This document shows, in pieces, positions 60,548 through 64,000 of a stretch of DNA of 64,000 nucleotides. The number at the start of each line of letters is the position of its first letter. Position 1 is the stretch's first letter. Source of the DNA: a virus; the IMG/VR virus record IMGVR_UViG_3300027712_001108, positions 32,001 to 96,000 of that record, one strand, 5' to 3'. The translations under genes were made by a program, and so were the position numbers. Under the pieces are notes generated by a model. The model saw nothing but the letters and a program-made list of their open reading frames with translations. It made no database searches and was not told the origin of the DNA.

Positions 60548-61225
60548 ATGCGTATCAACGAAATCTTAAACGAAGCAGAAACACCAAAAGTGGACATAGA
60601 GCATTATGGAAATTGGACAATAAGCATGAGCAAAGATCCAGTTATAATGAAAGCCATAACCGGAGACACGGCACAATTTGTTGCAAAAGTCACTAATAAA
60701 CGTCGTCCGCAAGCTGTGTTTTTTGGAGTAGGTACTACTCAGGGTGCAGCCAGAGACGATGCCATGTCAAAAGCTGTTGACCAAGAACGTCCAGACATGC
60801 ATGTAAAATATTCTTTAATACAAGGCAAGCTAAACGTACCGTTTTTTCGCGAATATTCTTCAGATAATCGTAATACGTATGTTAAATTCATAAAAGATGA
60901 CATCGGTAACACATCACTTGTGTTAGCAAACGACCAGTATGCTAGAGAATTTGGTAAATCATTATCAGAGTTGGGATTCAGTAGATGTACGCCGACACCC
61001 AATTTTGGTATGAATTTCACTATAACAGGCGATATGTTGTCAACTTATGGTCTTATACCTAATATGCGATATTCATTGAGCGCATATGACACAGACAATG
61101 ACGGCAATCAATTGTTTCAGTTAATACCCGAATCAAGATCACAAGGTCCGTGGGATAAGATGATTATGCGCACACCGGGACTTACTATTGCTGCAATACC
61201 AATGCGCGACACAATAAATAAATAA
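60548..61225 (+). CDS. hypothetical late protein
   Basis: MRINEILNE start; CTAAATA upstream. Confidence 0.7.
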   Translation: MRINEILNEAETPKVDIEHYGNWTISMSKDPVIMKAITGDTAQFVAKVTNKRRPQAVFFGVGTTQGAARDDAMSKAVDQERPDMHVKYSLIQGKLNVPFFREYSSDNRNTYVKFIKDDIGNTSLVLANDQYAREFGKSLSELGFSRCTPTPNFGMNFTITGDMLSTYGLIPNMRYSLSAYDTDNDGNQLFQLIPESRSQGPWDKMIMRTPGLTIAAIPMRDTINK

Positions 61226-61432
61226 TTGTGATATTATCTAACTGATATCTAACATAAATTTTTAAGTATTTTGCATGATTAATGTCTCAGTTGATCCATT
61301 AAAAATATCTAGCAGCATGCGTTGACAGACTGCTGGTCCTCGAACACACTATGCATGTGATGTTTCTAATCGGACACATATACCGGTAGCAACTCATTAC
61401 ATAGCACAACAGTACAAAATGGAGAACCAAAA

Positions 61433-62665
61433 ATGTCAAGTGCAACGACTCTTGTCGCTAATAACACACAGGTAAATGCGACTGCTATAACAACTGCAAC
61501 GGCAAGTTCTAAGCAGAACTATGCTGCTGTTCGCAATAAACGCTTTTCTAATAAAAAAGGTATTAGTGTAAGTATTGATAAACGCTGGAACGATACTATT
61601 GCAGCATTACCTGCCAAAGAGCAAGCATCAATCAGTCAACAATTAACCAATGCTGTTGCAGAGTTTCGCAGACGTATGCCTCATGTAAAATCCTGGACAG
61701 ACTTGGATTTGGTAGAGGCTAAATCACTGATGATGAGTACCGTATATATCGACATAACTATCCAGCGTCTGCCAGACCCCGACTGGATATTGAAAATCAT
61801 AAACAAGTTTAAAGAATCCATGGTGACACCAATTGCAGTGTATAAAGACGAACACGGCGTATATCATGCTCGCGACGGACAGCATACTTTGATTGTGTTA
61901 TGGATTATTGCTACTAAAATTCTTGGCATTAATCCCGACAATGTGCAAATACCTGTCAACATTTACAAAGACAAGACCCGTGCAGAAGTTCGTGAAAATT
62001 TTATCAGCTCTAACAGCGACGGCAAATTGCAACTGGATGCATTTGATATCTACGAGCAAAAAATCTGCGGCGTTCGTGTAGACGGTAGCAAAAACCCGGA
62101 CTGGCTGCAAACAGAACTCAAACAACGTCATATTGAAAACAATGGCATGTTTGTAACAGCTAAAAAGTTTGGCGATGCCGACGAACCGGGTGCAATTAGT
62201 CGTTTACACGAAATTAATAAAATGCAAGCTGTTGCGGTAAAGAACTGCTGCGAGTATCTTAAGATAGTAGGATGCAACAACCGTGCAGTAGAAGAAAAAG
62301 AAATGGTGATGATGGGTCAGTTTTTTGATCGTTGTTATCATGCAGAACAAAACTACAAAACCAATAAGAAAGACCAATTACCAAATGTAGTTGTAACGCC
62401 ATCTTTTATAAAAGATCTTGCAACTACTACTACAAAATTATGGAATGCAGATTTTAAACCAGACAGTAAGTTTTGGAAAAAAGGTGCAGTTGCATATGTT
62501 AATTGGCATACATCTGTAGACATTAAAACCAAAGCCAAGTTTATGCCTGAACCTGTACACGGTATGCCATTTATGTTAGCATGTCTAGATAAACATTTTT
62601 CATATGCTATTCCACTTAATAGCAGCACATCAGAGTTTACCCCCGCAGAAAAGGATCTATTCTAA
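61433..62665 (+). CDS. ParB/DndB-like (DGQH) domain protein
   Basis: IQR..D, PIAV, DGQHT. Confidence 0.6.
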   Translation: MSSATTLVANNTQVNATAITTATASSKQNYAAVRNKRFSNKKGISVSIDKRWNDTIAALPAKEQASISQQLTNAVAEFRRRMPHVKSWTDLDLVEAKSLMMSTVYIDITIQRLPDPDWILKIINKFKESMVTPIAVYKDEHGVYHARDGQHTLIVLWIIATKILGINPDNVQIPVNIYKDKTRAEVRENFISSNSDGKLQLDAFDIYEQKICGVRVDGSKNPDWLQTELKQRHIENNGMFVTAKKFGDADEPGAISRLHEINKMQAVAVKNCCEYLKIVGCNNRAVEEKEMVMMGQFFDRCYHAEQNYKTNKKDQLPNVVVTPSFIKDLATTTTKLWNADFKPDSKFWKKGAVAYVNWHTSVDIKTKAKFMPEPVHGMPFMLACLDKHFSYAIPLNSSTSEFTPAEKDLF

Positions 62666-63147
62666 TGCTGTATGCAGAATATGACATTGTAAAATCCTCA
62701 GCAGTATTACGCACAGAAGTTGGTAATGTTTGTACTGTACCAGGGTGTAAAGAGCATATTACCCAAATGCGAGGTCCAGGCAGTAGCGTGCTGTGCAGAA
62801 ATCATCAACTCTATATGAGAGAGTACGGCGGTATGGGACGTATAGATAGACCGTGGACGTTTCATCGTAAACGATTTTGTATCGAATGTGGATTTAATCC
62901 ATACGAAGATACCAAAAATAAGTATTTTTATTTAAAAGATATAAATCCAGATCTCTGGCACAGGTTATGCAGAGGTAAACTAGTTGGTGATCATATAATC
63001 AGACCATCAGAGGGCGGCACAGATGAAGAGGATAATATACAAACATTGTGCAGACTTTGCGATAGTGATAAGACTACTATTAACGAAGACTGGCGTAAAG
63101 GCGACAAACGGCGACTAGACGAAGATAATAATGTAATAGACGATTGA
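62665..63147 (+). CDS. HNH/zinc-binding protein
   Basis: CIECG...DHI....GG....NIQTLCRLC. Confidence 0.8.
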   Translation: MLYAEYDIVKSSAVLRTEVGNVCTVPGCKEHITQMRGPGSSVLCRNHQLYMREYGGMGRIDRPWTFHRKRFCIECGFNPYEDTKNKYFYLKDINPDLWHRLCRGKLVGDHIIRPSEGGTDEEDNIQTLCRLCDSDKTTINEDWRKGDKRRLDEDNNVIDD

Positions 63148-63226
63148 GTAAAATGTCTATATGACTACTTTTACTATTGATGTATATAGATACATCTTAT
63201 ATAATTAACACATACGGAGAAATATC

Positions 63227-63436
63227 ATGGCTAAAAAATCTATCACTAAAATCAGTGACAAGCTGGTCAAAGTAAACGAAAATTTCACTGTTAACATCTA
63301 CGACAACGGTTTTATGATCGAAGTTGGTGGGCGTGACAGAGAAGACAACTGGACCGCGGTAAAACTTATGGTTAACAATATAGAAGAACTTGTTACACTT
63401 ATCCGTGAAACAGTCGAAATGGAAATTAGTAACTAA
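63227..63436 (+). CDS. hypothetical protein
   Basis: GGAG SD; YDNGFMIEVGGR. Confidence 0.7.
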   Translation: MAKKSITKISDKLVKVNENFTVNIYDNGFMIEVGGRDREDNWTAVKLMVNNIEELVTLIRETVEMEISN

Positions 63437-63444
63437 CACACACA

Positions 63445-63534
63445 GGAGGGATGGCCGAGAGGTTGATGGCTCTAGTCTTGAAAACTAGCGAGGGTGAAAG
63501 CCCTCCGTGGGTTCGAATCCCACTCCCTCCGCCA
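63445..63534 (+). tRNA. tRNA-Ser(TGA)
   Basis: long variable arm, G73-CCA. Confidence 0.95.
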
Positions 63535-63548
63535 ATAATAATGCCAGC

Positions 63549-64000
63549 ATGACAAAGTTTTGTATACACAGCAATGCTGGCATCAGTTTAGTATCTGCAA
63601 CTGGTAAATTGATGCCGTGCTGTAAGTATAATGCAGATGACAATATCAGCAGCATTTACAACGTAACTACATTAAACGGGTTACATGACACGCCGCAATA
63701 TAAGCAGATGCAAGCACAGCTAAATGCTGGCATTTTTCCCACAGGTTGCAACTATTGCAAGACTACAGAAACTGCTGGTAGACAAAGTCGCAGACAACAT
63801 ACAAATCAAATGTATGACGATTTGAATATGTACGTACCAGGCCATGTGCAAGACATGGAAATTGCACTGGACTATACTTGTAACATGATGTGCAGAATGT
63901 GCAATCCAGGTGCTAGCAGCAAATGGAATATTGCACAATCTGTAATAAAGCAATTTGCAGAGCAGAAGATTGAATTAGATGGCAATAACAAATACCGTTC
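63549..64000 (+). CDS. radical SAM protein (3' truncated by the window)
   Basis: MTKFC...PCC...CNYC...CNMMCRMC. Confidence 0.85.
   Translation, partial: MTKFCIHSNAGISLVSATGKLMPCCKYNADDNISSIYNVTTLNGLHDTPQYKQMQAQLNAGIFPTGCNYCKTTETAGRQSRRQHTNQMYDDLNMYVPGHVQDMEIALDYTCNMMCRMCNPGASSKWNIAQSVIKQFAEQKIELDGNNKYR

Overview
AT-rich segment of a large T4-like (jumbo) phage genome. The host is probably an alphaproteobacterium, likely Rhodobacterales-type, based on a tRNA-His with A73 and no G-1, an alpha-type FdxA, an RpoD and SPRPxARP repeats. 1-17.5 kb: minus-strand operon with 10 radical-SAM genes, UDP-glucose dehydrogenase and glycosyl/sulfotransferase-like genes. 17.6-33.9 kb: RpoD, SOD, ExoX-like nuclease, a frameshifted ferredoxin, collagen-like/fibre proteins and a GH19 lysin. 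33.9-64 kb: a dispersed array of about 30 tRNAs interleaved with cargo genes, HNH nucleases and many structured non-coding RNAs. The most striking signals concern translation control: (i) an amber-suppressor tRNA directly followed by a gene with an in-frame TAG at codon 3, then a TAG-terminated leader peptide and terminator; (ii) a stand-alone RNA reproducing the 23S rRNA L11-binding (H43-H44) domain with a ~150-nt insert; (iii) a circularly permuted tRNA mimic with a sealed acceptor end, plus several tRNA-like RNAs with large inserts or Ala acceptors; (iv) four CDSs whose TAG stop lies inside the next tRNA; (v) an ArfA/BrfA-like small ORF; (vi) a GOLLD-like giant RNA driven by rrn-like tandem promoters and boxA. 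All calls come from manual reading; no database searches were run.
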